Below, in pieces: positions 50,344-63,511 of a DNA stretch of 64,000 nucleotides. A program made the translations under genes and the position numbers. The notes under the pieces were generated by a model that searched no databases, was not told where the DNA came from, and saw only the letters and a program-made list of their open reading frames with translations. Source of the DNA: Octopus sinensis (taxonomy: Eukaryota); assembly GCF_006345805.1 (NCBI RefSeq), contig NC_042998.1, positions 175,832,001 to 175,896,000 of the forward strand, written 5' to 3'. Numbering within the stretch: the stretch's first letter is position 1; each line of letters opens with the position of its first letter.

Positions 50344-51750
50344 CTAATCCATTGGTTGCAGAAGAGATGTGGTGTTCGGAGGGAGGTATACGACGGCAAC
50401 GTTGGGGTCAAAACCTACGATATTTTGCGGGTGGCCAGGAGCATTATCTAAGATATGTAAAACCTTAAGAGGAATCCCCTTCTCTTTACAGTATTTCTCT
50501 GCTTCAAAAGCGACAACAGTAACCCATGCCTTAGAATTAGCCATCGATATAACAAGGAGAGATGCCTTGGGTATGTTCATCAGGGAACGGGGGTTGTGTG
50601 CATGATACACAAGCAATGGCTTTAACCTAAAATCTCCTACACAATTACCTCCCAACATAATGGTCACACGTTCTTTTGAGACCTTGTTGCCTGGAATACT
50701 TTTCTCCACCTAGGAAATAAATGAACGGTCAGGCAGTTTTTTTTCCAATACAATCTAGTTTCGTTTCCGTTAAAAATCTGTTCGGGAAGAAACCCGTTTT
50801 TTTTTCGATGATTTTCTTTAATGCATTAGGATATTCCGCTGCTGCTTGTTCGTCAGCTGATGTACTTTCACCTTGCTTCTTAATGGAGTGATAACTTCGC
50901 TCCTTAAATCTCATGAACCCTCATTGACTTGCCTTGAACTCTACATCTTTATCGTCTAGATATTTTCTCTTCAGGTCCTCAAACAAAGACAACCTTTTCT
51001 TGACTAACAGTCAAGAATGATTTGACTAATGTTTTCATGACTGATAATAGCACACTGACGATTCAACCTAAGACTCCAAAGAGAAAGAAGACTTTCCATT
51101 TCTTCAAAAATTTTGCTCCTTTTCTTATTGATGACAATGTTTTTCATCCCTGGGCTTCAGATTTGATATGTGCTGAAATCTTGTCCTCATTATGTAGAAT
51201 CATCGATAGAGTTACCCGACTCATCCCAAAAGATTGTGCAATTGCTACCACTTTTTCACCTTTTTCATGACATTTTATCATAGCCAGTTTACCTTCCAGC
51301 GTTATAGCATAATGCTTAACACTTTCAATATGAATTTTTAGGAGCCGTGGGGGCAAAAAAATAAAGTCACAAATGAATGAGAATGAGAAAGTAGCCAATA
51401 AACAGGCGTAAACAAATTTGAATTAAAAATAATCGCAGGTATCAAGAGTGACAACGACGCCTAACGGCAGATATTGGTGCTGAAGTGCAATAGGAGCTCC
51501 AAAAGACCGATAAATAAGACAACATAGTTGATTTCATGATTTCGTTCACTAAGCTACACAACTTTACTGTACGTATTTTAATATGATTTTATATGCTTTT
51601 ATTCTTATTTATTATACAGTAACATGGTTTTATGTGCTTTTAACGGTTTTCTAGTGATTTTTGATTTTAATTTTTCCTTATATTATTTTTGAAAACCGAC
51701 TATAATCGAGAACGACTTAAATCGAAACGACTTAAGCCGAGTTATGCCTG
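50344..51750 (-). mobile_element. Degenerate Tigger/pogo DNA transposon
   Basis: HTH-like ITLEGKLAMIK..IAQSFGMSRVTLSMIL; KVSKERVTIML..GDFRLKPLLVY..NPR; ILDNAPGHP; LPPNTTSLLQPMD; TA-CAGGCATAACTCG terminus at 51750. Confidence 0.88.
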
Positions 51751-52323
51751 TATATATATTTAATTTCTCTTAAATGTTTAATTTATGAATATTCATTGAA
51801 AAGAACATATCACGAAAGGAAACAAAGAAAATAGATAGAAACAGTATAGTAGATATATATTGGAATAGAGGTCAGCTAATTCCCTCAATTATATATCGCG
51901 CCAAGGGAAAACTGGTGTTACATTCTAAAAGGTTTTGAGACAGTCCAAAATACTCACGGCAAAATTGCACTGGAACAGCCAGTTAACTTCACTAACATCA
52001 TCTAATAATTCAGATTGACTGGACGCTAGCGAAGTCAAAATTTTGCCGTCGGTCCAGTACCTTCCGTCCTCCAACGTCTCAAAAGTCATAGGTTGAAAAC
52101 GTTAGTTACCGACATACTCTGATATTTCAGTGCTTTATTTCATTCAGTCACAAATACAGTAATACCCCCCACCACTTCCCATATCTACTACAGCATTTAC
52201 GACGCGTGACATACAAACGAATCGCTCAGCGGTAGCGTACAACACTCAGCATCTTACTCTAACCCGAAAGCAAAGAGTGGGTAAGTCGAGCCTCTTCCCT
52301 ATAAAGTCACTGTTTCGTGTATA

Positions 52324-53155
52324 CATGGTCTGATCAATAAGTATCCGGACTGTTGCCATAGTAACGAAGCTAAAGCACTCGCGTTGAAGCCGCTTGGTAC
52401 AGATTGACTTTGAACTCTGCAGATTGAACTCTGCAGATTGAACTCTGCTCGATCGCCGCATTGACCATGACAGAGAAAGTTGAGCAGAGAATCTGCGTCA
52501 AATTCTGTCAAAAGCTTGGTGATACCTGCTCAGAGGCCTACGCAAAGTTTTTAAAAAGTTTTCATCGTTCTTGACACAATCAAGGAGATCATGTGCAACT
52601 GATATCCGAGTGTGCTTTTGGTCAGCTGAAAGCAGTTTTGGCACAAACTTGGCAGATATGCGTATCATACGCAAGTCTTCAGTGATAATGGACTGAAATG
52701 AACTGTAATCTGCACATCCTCTGATAACTCAGGTTATGTTGATTTGACGATTTCCCCTCACAGCTGCATGCACATCTGCGATGTTTTTCTCAGTTCTGCT
52801 GGTTGCGGGTCTCACTGAATGTTCGTCAATATCGACATTTTTTCGGCCATCTTGGAAACATCTTGTACACATATGAGCGGCTCACAAACTCTTCTCCATA
52901 CACTTTCTGAAACTTTGAGTAGGCCTCTGAGCAGGTATCGCCATGACAACTTTCTCTGTCACGATCAATGCGACGATCACACTCTACACACGTTCCTTCC
53001 AAGCACTGTTGTAAGAGCGGAAGTGAACTAGAACGTTAAAACTTACAGCGCTTGCACAACAGAGTTCTAGGTCAATCTTTGCCAAGCGGCTTCACTCTGC
53101 ATGTTTTAGCTTTGTTACTATGGCAACCGTCCGGATACTTATTGATCAGACCTCG
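52324..53155. mobile_element. Non-autonomous mariner derivative built from two inverted 5' ends
   Basis: TA-flanked TIRs (C(A/G)(T/A)GGTCTGATCAATAAGTATCCGGAC..); MTEKVEQRICVKFCQKLG on plus; ..ISAKFVPKLLSADQK on minus. Confidence 0.88.
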
Positions 53156-54357
53156 TATAAGTAGAAATATTTTCAGTGAAGGAAACTTGGAAATTTGTAA
53201 CCTCTATACATCCATTCCTTCTTTTCTCAAAAGCATTAATGATTCAAATGAATTATAATTGGCACAACTGGAGACTGAAACCGAACAGCAGTCTCATACC
53301 GTTCAATGTTATTCAAAATAATGAAATCTCGAAGTAATGTAGTGAGGTAGATTCAATGATCTATACTACCCACTACAAACATTAATCCAGCGGTTCATGT
53401 TTTGTAAGTGTGATATAATTAACTGGTGTGATCTTATTACATATTGGTACTATTTCGTTAAATCTGTGGGAAGATGAAAAGAAAGCAAAGTTGACTTTGA
53501 TGAGATTTTGTCTCTCAACAATAGAATAATGATGAAAATATATGTTGAGGCGAACTGCTTTAAATTTTGAAATAGCAAATATTCTATAATAATGGTTTCA
53601 GATATTGGCATACGGCCAAATTTTGGTACAACGGCCGAATTTTAAGTGAAGGAAGTCGATTAATTCGAAGAAAATCGATAAATTCAACAAAAATGGATGA
53701 AAAGTTAAGTCGACTCGAGCTCGGCGGAATTCAAACTCAGAATGTAAAAAGCCGGAAGAGATGCTTCTAGTCATTCTGTCCGGCGCAATAACGATTCTAC
53801 CAGTTCGGCACTTTACTAATACTTCATCGCAATAATAATAATTAAAAAAAAAAAAACTATTTTAAAATAGCATAAAATTGACAAAACGAGAAAACAAATA
53901 ATAGTTTAAGGGAGATAACTCTTCTTCCCAACATTGCAGTTACGCTACTTGTATAATCTTGATGGCATCTTTTAAATAGGCCACGTTTTAAACAGTAGAA
54001 TATACTATTGTAAGGGGGTTTTATTCATAGAAGGAAATAAAAATTATTATTTACTGCATAGTTTCTGGAAAATATGATGGTGGAGAGTTCTCTGAATAAA
54101 ACTGCATCACAATACGCTAATTATTGGGTTTAAAATATCTCAGGGGATAACTTTTCCCTTAATACATCCAAGAGAAAAATGTATTCCAAATTCCCTTTAA
54201 TCTTCATGTCACAGTCCAGCATGGAGTCAGTGTGATTCAACAACTTTCTGGTTATACACACAAGAGGAATTAATATTTACTCCAAATGGATATTACTTAT
54301 CAGTGGCGGAGTCACAGGGGCGATTTCCTAAGGCGCAGCATTTCCAAATAAAACATA

Positions 54358-54388
<31 letters not shown>

Positions 54389-56151
54389 ATATGATAAAAA
54401 TAGTTACGCGACCCCCCAGCAATACTTGCCGTGACCTGGGAGCTGGAAACCCTCGCTATGTCACGGGTCCTTTAACTATGGATTCGTTATCACACTGGTG
54501 TTACAATTAAAGCTCCGGGGCCTTCGGCTTATCCTCTATTCGAGTGACTCGAATTTTTGGAGCTTTTTCATCTCTTAAAAAAAGATTTTCTTACATGGTC
54601 ATAATCTTTCTGTGGGGAATAATTCACCCGGGTTCGCGCCTTCGGTTATATGCTCGCCGCGGCACCGTCCTACTCGATCGGGCATCGGAAAGTCACCTTG
54701 CCGGTAATTGTCACATCAGAGACAAGCTAGGACAAGATATAATAATATGGGTCACAGGCTCAGGAATGTTGGATCACCATGATCTTAAGTGCAAGTAAAA
54801 GATTCTCAAAATGTTCAATGCCATTCTCCATATAGCTGGGTTTTTTTTTATCAGATTGACCTTCTCCTTGAGATATGCTTTAACAAAAACTGAGATGTGC
54901 TTCACACCCAGTGTGCTTCCAGTACTCCGGGCACCTACCCGGAATTCCTGAGGGCCCGTGTTATTACTATATAGTCGTTGAACTTACACTAGGTTCATCC
55001 GTTCTTTTGATAGGTCTTGTTTGTAGTCCTGCTAGGTTTCGATCAGGACAGACTGTTACCTTTTCATGAGGAGGAATAGAAACACTTACGTCTCTTTTAA
55101 GAGCATTTGTTATTAGTGGGAGAAGATAAATGGAATGCCTACAACAAAGTAGATATACTTTGGTTTTATAACAGATGATGGATTAAGTCTACCAATCAAG
55201 AACAGGAACGGTTCTTCGGATAGGCTTTGAACCCAATTATCCTCACAAGGCTTTGGTCAACTTGAAGCCGCGCAGTGAGATCGAACTCAAACTCGCGTAA
55301 ATGCAAAACGGAACTCTTTAGCCACACAGCCAGGTATATTATATAAGCAATGTAAAAGATAAATCTTTAATTATCGTAACGGTTTCATTCTTTAATTACA
55401 CGCAGCATGTATATGTTTAGGAGAACATTTAGTCTTTGTTTGCAGGCAAAGGGCAACTGTGGATATGTTTAGGTCTATTAAAATGCACTAGTATAATACA
55501 ATTTCTGCAAGAATGCACGATCAATTGACATTAATTGTTAAATACAGAAAAACAGATATTCATGTTTGACCAGTGCAATTTCTATAATAAAAAACCAACA
55601 GAAACAACACAGCACAAAATGAGTTATAAGAAATAACTGTAATGGACCAATGGCATGAATTTAGATACGTTACGGGGAAATGTACTGAATTCTATTTGCA
55701 AAAAACTCTAAATTAATAACATTTTCTTTCTTCGTACTAGAAATATTACAAAAATGCGGCATCATTTGTTAGCAAATGACAAAGGGAAGGGAAATAATTT
55801 TTAGAAATTAATCTCTTTTGTCGGCAAGGGTCACATAAAGACATGATACAATCTATAAGACATCATTAAAACAGCATAGTCTCATCAAGCCGGTTTGATC
55901 AGTTGACATAAGTTCTTACATATAAAAAAGTTACAAATATTTTTTGGCCAATATAATTTGAGACATTTATTCCAGATTTCTTGACATTACTCCCCCGCCG
56001 TGTCGTTTAGAGTCACTGTGTGTGTATAGATGTTTTGTTAATACGATATAGGTTTAAAGCTTATATGAATCCAATACCACATATGCATTTGTGCTAAAAT
56101 GATATCTCCCTTAACCAAGGGGAGGTAATTCTCATTTTTAGATCGACCAAC

Positions 56152-56721
56152 ATGGCGACTCTAGGTCGCACATTTTCAAGTCTTCGTCCGAGGTTTTTAC
56201 TTTCGAATGGGACTAAATCTTTTCAAAGATCCTTCTTGTCGCCTGTACCAACTTTCAATGCCGGTAATTTAAACTTAGTGTGTCCAGAAAAACTTCCAGA
56301 AGCGCCTCCTGAATATCCAGGATATAAAGTGTGTAAAGAAGATTTTAAATACGTTGAGAGGCTTTTGCCGAAGGAGATCGTCCCTCCACCACCAGCCGAA
56401 TCGGTAACAGGGGTTCCTACACCATCAGGATGGATACCGCCTAATGAGAATGGCTCAAAACATCCTTATTTCGTGAAACGAACCAAAAATCATATGTTGC
56501 CTTTATATCTGGAAGTAAAGTTCCACGGGTCTCGCATCCTCACCAAAATTTGTAAAATCGATGGGAATATCTGGAAACTCGAGTCAGATTTAAGGACATA
56601 TTTGCAAGAGAGAAGTACAAAAGACATATATACCCAAGTCCATGAAGTATCAAGTTTTATAAGGGTGAGAGGAGATTATTGTGAAGACGTATGTAAGTTC
56701 CTTCTATCTAAAGGATTCTAA
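56152..56721 (+). CDS. MRPL49: Mitochondrial ribosomal protein L49 (mL49), intronless CDS
   Basis: 189-aa intact ORF; CCAACATGGCG start context; Arg/Ser/Leu-rich presequence; motifs PTPSGWxPP, PYFVKRT, KIDGNIW, TQVHEV and C-terminal KGF; ATTAAA at 56921. Confidence 0.93.
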   Translation: MATLGRTFSSLRPRFLLSNGTKSFQRSFLSPVPTFNAGNLNLVCPEKLPEAPPEYPGYKVCKEDFKYVERLLPKEIVPPPPAESVTGVPTPSGWIPPNENGSKHPYFVKRTKNHMLPLYLEVKFHGSRILTKICKIDGNIWKLESDLRTYLQERSTKDIYTQVHEVSSFIRVRGDYCEDVCKFLLSKGF

Positions 56722-57974
56722 ATATCTGAAGTTAACTACAAACTGTTCTTCAGAAATGATCGAAGGACATTTTAGTCTTTGGGTGAACTATTTGTTTCTG
56801 AGTAACTCTGTTGACCTTTTTGTTGATAAGAGCTTATATTCCTTATGCTGACAGAGTTACTATTGTATTACTGTATTATATCTAGTTTTATATTTCATCT
56901 CCACTATTCCTTGTAGTTGGATTAAAATTTTTTTACTCAAACTACATGCATCATGTGTATGTTATTATTTCTCCTGTAGAATTGATATCGTTCAATTTCA
57001 GTAAAACGGTATGCTGATTCGAAGACTCTTTTTCAGGTGCAAAGAATCTACAGTCTCGACACCGAATTTTTTATTACTAGTCAGTATTGAGATTTTTCGA
57101 TAAAATCTTACCCAACGATAAAAAGGATGCTTAGAAATTTTTTAAGAGTTCGCAACAAATCCCTTTTTACCAAGGTTAAAATTTCATATAGATTCAAAAT
57201 TTGTATCCAACCTGTCATCAATATACATTTTCGTAATTTTAACCCTCACAGATTGTTAATTTGATATTATTGCTTGGATATTATGATTATAAAAAAATAA
57301 GAAGGCAGTTTCAGATTATGATTATAACTTTTGCTATTCTTAAAAAACAAACAAAGAAAACAACATTTTTAAAAAAAGTTACGAGGAAGCAAACTCAAAG
57401 AGCTGTACACTTGTATCGGTATACCCATTTCTCTGTATTCTTAACCTGTTTTATTATTTGCTCTATTATTTTATACCTGTCTTCCACTTTAGAACATCCA
57501 CAACTTCTGTGTTCTGTTTCTCTCTTAACTAAGAGTATTAACTTCACATTGTATGTAAATTGTCTACACAATGATATTTGCCATCCCTTCTCTAGTTTCT
57601 TAGTTAACCACTAAAGCTTAAACCTACAGAGAAAGAATATAGTGTTCTGATACTGTGACATTTTTCTCATATATATTAGGGACAGAAGTGAAATGGATTT
57701 GTTTCAACTGGATGTCAACATAGTACAGACTTAAGATAGGAACAATTTATTGTAATTTTGATGGTAATTCATTCATTTTTTTTTTTACCATGCTGGCATT
57801 GGTTGGTAAGTTTGTTACACAATATATATGATGCATATTGCGATCATTAGTCCCCGTCCCTTATTCTTAGATCTGCATTTCACACATTTGCCCTGTCTTA
57901 CTAGGTTACTTTTTGCCTGAGTAACTACCATTGACAGTAATTTTTACACTCATTGTCCATTCACATAACATTTC

Positions 57975-59236
57975 TCATCATCATCATCGTTTAACGTCCG
58001 CTTTCCATGCTAGCATGGGTTGGACAATTTTGACTGAGGGCTGGCGAACCAGATGGCTGCACCAGGCTCCAATCTTGATCTGGCATAATTTCTACACCTG
58101 GATGCGCTTCCTAACGCCAACCACTCCGAGAGTGTTGTGGGTGCTTTTTTTACGTGCCACCGGCATGGGGGCCAGTCAGGCGGTACTGGCAATGACCTCG
58201 CTCGAATCTTTTTACATGTGCCAGTGAAGCGACATTGGTGACGATCACGCTTGAATCGTGCCCTTTTACATGCCACGGGTACGGAAGCCAGTTGGCTGCT
58301 CTGGCAACGATCACGCTCAAATGGTGCTCTTGGCACCCTACTAGCACATGCACAAGTGCCAGTAAGGCAACGCTGGTAACGATCATACTCGAATGGTGCC
58401 CTTTTATGTGCCACTGGCACGGAAGCCGGTTAGCCGCTCTGTCAACGATCATACTTGTATGGTGCTCTTTACACCCTGCTAGCACGGATGCCAGTCACTG
58501 AATTGATTTTGATTTTGATTTCACTTGCCTCAACAGGTCTTCGCAAGCAGAGTTTAGTGACCAAAGAAGGAAAAGGTACGCATAAGTGGGCTGGTTACGC
58601 TCCTGGTGTAGGCCACAGGTTATGGTCTCATTTGGCTTGCCGAGTCTTCTCAAGCACAGCATATTTCCAAAAGTCCCGATCGCTAGTCATTTCCTTGGTG
58701 AGGCCTAATGTTTGAAGGTCGTGCTTTACCACTTCATCCCAGGTCTTCCTGGGTCTACCTCTTCCACAGGTTCCCTCAACCGCTAGGGTGTGGCACTTTT
58801 TCACACAGCTATCCTCATCCATTCTCGCCACATGACCATACCAGCACAGTCGTCTCTCTTGCACACCACATCTAATGCTTCTTAGGTCCAACTTTTCTCT
58901 CAAGATACTTACACTCTGTTGAGTATGCACACTGACATTGCACATCCATCGAATCATACTGGCTTCATTCCTTGCGAGCTTACGTATGTCCTCAGCAGTC
59001 ACAGCCTATGTTTCATTGCCATGTTGCATGGCTGTTCGTACACATGCATCATACAGTCTACCTTTTACTCTGAGCGAGAGGCCCTTTGTCACCAGCAGAG
59101 GTAAAAGCTCTCTGAACTTTGCCCAGACTATTCTTATTCTAGCAGCTACACTTTCAGCGCACCCTCCTCCACTACTGACTTGGTCACCTAGGTAACAGAA
59201 GCTATCAACCACTTCTAGATGTTCAAAATCACCTTG
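57975..59236 (-). mobile_element. 5'-truncated RTE LINE, longest copy (ORF C-terminus, 3' UTR and tail)
   Basis: LEVVDSFCYLGD, KGRLYDACVR, NEASMIRWM, RRLCWYGHVARM, GRGRPRKTW; 3' UTR subrepeats; (GAT)n tail. Older RTE-like decay appears to continue to ~59700. Confidence 0.92.
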
Positions 59237-61130
59237 CATATATTAATAAATACTGTTCAATATGAGTCTGCTCACTCAGCTCATTTGTGTTCTACTTTTC
59301 ATGCACTTTAACATTACGTATTCACTGAACCATATACACTTGTTTTTGCTGATCCATGTTTTATGAGCAGCAATACACTTGTTGCATAAGCTTCTTAGTT
59401 TGATTAGGTAATAAAAACTATCATCTCCATCTGAGTAATTCATATATTTTGTTTCATGGGTGTGCTCACTACCAAGAAATCCCATTTCATCTTATATCTG
59501 TTGTTTGCAGTAGGTACACAAATTTGACTCTCTACCAAATCTTTTCCTTCATGTTAAGCAAGGTCACTTCCCAGATGACAATGACATCTTCTGCTCTCTG
59601 TTACTAACTACGACTTTAGTTTTTGCAATATTGAACTCTTGACTATACTAGGTATAAACTTTTTTCTTTGGCTCCTTAACAGGTACTGCAGTGGGAACTA
59701 GGCTGTCAACTGTTTCTTAGATATGCAGAAGGCCACCATTTTGGTGGATTAGGGGTTGATGAAATTGACTCTTGCACTCACTTGACTGATATTTTATTTT
59801 ATCAACTCCAAAAGGATGAATGGTAAAGTGGCAGGATTTGAACTTAGAATATAAAGGGCTATTACTAAATACCACAAAAATATTGTCTAATACTTCAATG
59901 ACTTGGCTATCACATAATAAAAATTACAAAGATTGATAATAAATGAAAGTTGAATAGATTTTTACAAATGGTTTCTGAACACTGACCACTCAACCATCAA
60001 GTGAAAACTAGTTTTTTGTCACATAATATAAATCCTCCCAAAATACATCAGTAATATAATCTTTCCTATCTGATCCAGGTAAACATTTCACAGTAAAATA
60101 TTAAAAGATTAGCATCAATTTTTATTATTCTTGGGCGACACTTTGTGTTGGGATGCCATCTCCTTGTGATAAAGTCTAAGAACACTTAAAGTTACATTAC
60201 ATCTTTTAATACCACATTGCCTGTTTCTGTTATTATCAACCCATATGAATAGCTGCATGTCCAGCTATTCCACTAAACCAAATACTTCAGCTGAGTGTGT
60301 ATTTTCAGATGTGACAACCATGGTTTTCAAGATATGTTTATTGTCCCTGTAAATTTAATTAGTGAAACACTGTCATAAGTCTGTTTGAGAACAACTGACA
60401 GCTTGTTCAACATGTTAGTGGCACAGTTTGAACTTGGGGCTTTAACAATTCATCTTATATACATATATGTAATTTGTTGCAAGTCTTGTAACAGATCACT
60501 TATCAATCAATGATGACACTACTCTATTCACAGTCTCAGTTGTTGGGGTAGTCCTAGCTTCCATCATCTTTTTTAATTGTGTAGCTCATTGCCTCATTTA
60601 ATGATGTTTTAAGGAGCAAAGGTTGTATTTGTTCATGTTTGTGCTGCAAAAGAGTTTAGTGAGACAGAGGTTCCTTTTAACATCTCTTACCCATCAGTGA
60701 TTATAGTTTGCTAGGAGGAAGCCAAGCGTACTTTGCAAGCAAAAGTGAATTATTGTTGAAGAGTGATGGATAATCATCTCCATGCTTTGAAGCCAATATT
60801 TTCATCACATTTCACTATATATTAGATAGCATAAGCCAATGTCAACTATATGAAATATATCATCTTGTGAATTTAACTATAAGGAAGGTTTTATGAATGG
60901 TATTTTTTGTTAAAATATATATATAGTAAATATGTCATCATACTGTAGGAAATGGTATGAAATGAAACCTTAATATTCTATACAGATCAATCTTGATGTA
61001 GTAGCTATCTGCCAGATATTCTGTAGGAAGCAAAATGACAAAAAAATAGTCCCTGTACCATAAGGTCACTAAAAATTTTATTTTTTATTTTGAAGATGTG
61101 TGTAAGCCAGTTTTGCTGCTATCATTCTTG

Positions 61131-61415
61131 TGGTGGAGGCACATGGCCTAGTGGTTAGAGCAGCGGACTTGCGGTCGAGGGATCGAATCTCAGAGCAGGC
61201 GATGTGTGTGTTTATGAGTGAAACACCTAAGCTCCACGCAGATCCGGCAGAAGGTAATGGCGAACTTCTGCTGACTCTTTCGCCACAACTTTCTCTCACT
61301 CTTTCCTCCTGCATCTTGCAGCTCACCTGCGATGGACTGGCGTTCCGTCCAGATGGGGAACCTATGCGCCAAGGAAACTGGCCCTATGAGCCAGGCGTGG
61401 CTCGAGAAGGAACAT
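61131..61415 (+). mobile_element. SINE with family-3-like head and a different tail, with TSD
   Basis: Head TGGAGGCACATGGCCTAGTGGTTAGAGCAGCGGAC; CTATCATTCTTGTG occurs on both sides (61119 and 61419). Confidence 0.78.
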
Positions 61416-61493
61416 CAACTATCATTCTTGTGATAATTGAGTTGATTGTCCAAATTGATATTCATGGTTATTATGAAGTCATCCTATAAATAA

Positions 61494-62140
61494 TCATCAT
61501 CATTGTCGTTTAACGTCCTCTTTCCATGCTGGCATAGGTTGGACGGTTTGACTGAGGACTGGTGAGCCAGAAGGCTGCACCAGGCTCAATCTGATCTGGC
61601 AAAGTTTCTACAGCTGGATGCCCTTTGTAACACCAACCACTTTGAGAGTAGTGGGTGCTTTTATGTGCTACCTACATGTGAACTAGTCCGGTGGCACTGG
61701 CAATAACCATGCTTGAATGTTGTTTTTCACATGCCAGTAAGGTGATGCTGGCAATGATCACGCTTGGATGTGCTTTTAACGTTCCACAAGCACGAGTGCC
61801 AATGAAGCACTACTGTTATCGGCCACGTCAGCGATTTTGATTTCACTTGCCTCAATAGGTCTTCGCAGGGAAAGTTTATTGTCCAATGAATGAGGGGTAC
61901 TCATAAGTGGGCTGGTTACACCCACTGGCATAGGCCATGGGCTCACTTGGCTTGTCGGGCCTTCTCAGGCACAGCATATCTTTAAAGGTCTCATTCACTT
62001 GTCATTGCCTTGGTAAGGCCCAATGTTTGATGGTCGTGCTTCACCACCTCATCTCAGATTTTCCCGGGTCTACTTCTTCGACAGGTTCCCTCAACTGCTA
62101 GTGTGTGACACTTTTTCACACAGCTGTCCTCATTCATTCG
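61494..62140 (-). mobile_element. RTE LINE 3' fragment
   Basis: Family 3' UTR and ORF end. Confidence 0.8.
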
Positions 62141-62289
62141 ATGTACTTTGTATCAAATTTTTCAGTATTCTAAAATGTCAAATGATATTACATACTCATA
62201 TGAATTTGGAAATTTCAAACTTATAATTCCTTTTTACAGAATAATGAAACTGAATTAATTACTAATATTAACCCCTCAAAGATGGACAT

Positions 62290-63060
62290 ATTGAAGGAGT
62301 ATTCATGAGTTCAAAAAGGGAAACAGTGCAGCAGAAGCAACCTGAAATATCCATTCTGTTTATAGAAAGAGTGCTTGAACAAAATAAGTTGCAGAAAATG
62401 ATTTCCAAAGTTCAAAAATGGTGATTTCAGCCTAAAAGAGATGCCGTGATTTTGTTGAATTTGATGAGCTTTTGTCACAGTTTGAAAAAGATAATGCTGT
62501 ATCAGTTGAAGAATCGGCAAGCAAGCTTAATTCAAGCTATTCAACTGTTCACTGCCATCTTCAACAGCTTGGAAAATAAGTTCTTCATTATTTGACAGAA
62601 GCCAACCAAAAATCACGAGTGACTGATAATGAAAAATGGATTTTTTATGAAAATGTTAAGTGACGCAAACAGTAGTTTAGGTGTGGAGAACAGCCTAAAC
62701 CACAATCCCAAAAGGGTCTCCATGCAAAAAAGGTTCTTTCTATTTGATGGCGTTGCATTGGAGTCATCCACTTTGAGCAGCTACCAGCTAATGCAACTAT
62801 TATTGCTCACACCTTTTGCCAACAGAGTGTTTGGATGTTGCTTTGAAGTAAAAAAGGCTGGTTTTGGCAAATCATAAGGGAGTTATGTTTCATGATAAAA
62901 CAAGGCCCCACACTGCAAAGATCATTTAGATGGATTAGCTCTCAAAAGCCCCAAACAGGTTAAAACTGACCTCTCTTTCTTTTTTCTCATCAAAACCAAA
63001 GAAGTTTTTCACCAATGGAATTAAATCACTTTTTCCTTACCAAAATTAAGACATTATTTA
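62290..63060 (+). mobile_element. Highly decayed mariner transposase
   Basis: Remnants VTDNEKWIF, LHAKKVL, VMFHDKTRPHTAK and FFTNGIKSL in the expected order. Confidence 0.65.
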
Positions 63061-63511
63061 TGGGATGACCTGATATTTAAACTATAGGGGAAAAAAATCT
63101 CATTGTTTTAGTGTACTTTCGATTGTTTCAAGGTTTTTATTTTTTACTTGAGATTGTAGCTCATTTGCCTTTGAAAGGTGTCTTACAATATGGATGTTGC
63201 ATACTGGTGCTTGAGCAGTTGACATATCTCCTTGCTTGGATAGAAATTCCAGTCCAAAGCAGCAGATGCTTTTCTCATTTTATGGTAGTATTTGAACTTA
63301 GCTTTACCAATTACAGTAGCTTCTTCTGCGTGCAGCCGTAAACTGTCTCCCTAGAGTACCTATTTCAGAACAGGGCAATTGAGAGTTAAGTGTCATTACC
63401 AAGGTCATAAACACCATTCTGGGATGCAGATTATGGTTAGTAGACACATTTTATATAGTATCAGCAATACTAGTGCTACTATTACTAATTAAAGGTACAA
63501 GTTTCAGAAAA

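Noticed and set aside
54301-54470. Possible hAT-type MITE (CAGTGGCGGA start)
   Set aside because: The right TIR is too degenerate and no TSD is visible.
59276-59485. 69-aa minus-strand ORF as a possible exon of another gene
   Set aside because: No homology recognised; adjoins RTE-like decay and has no partner exons.
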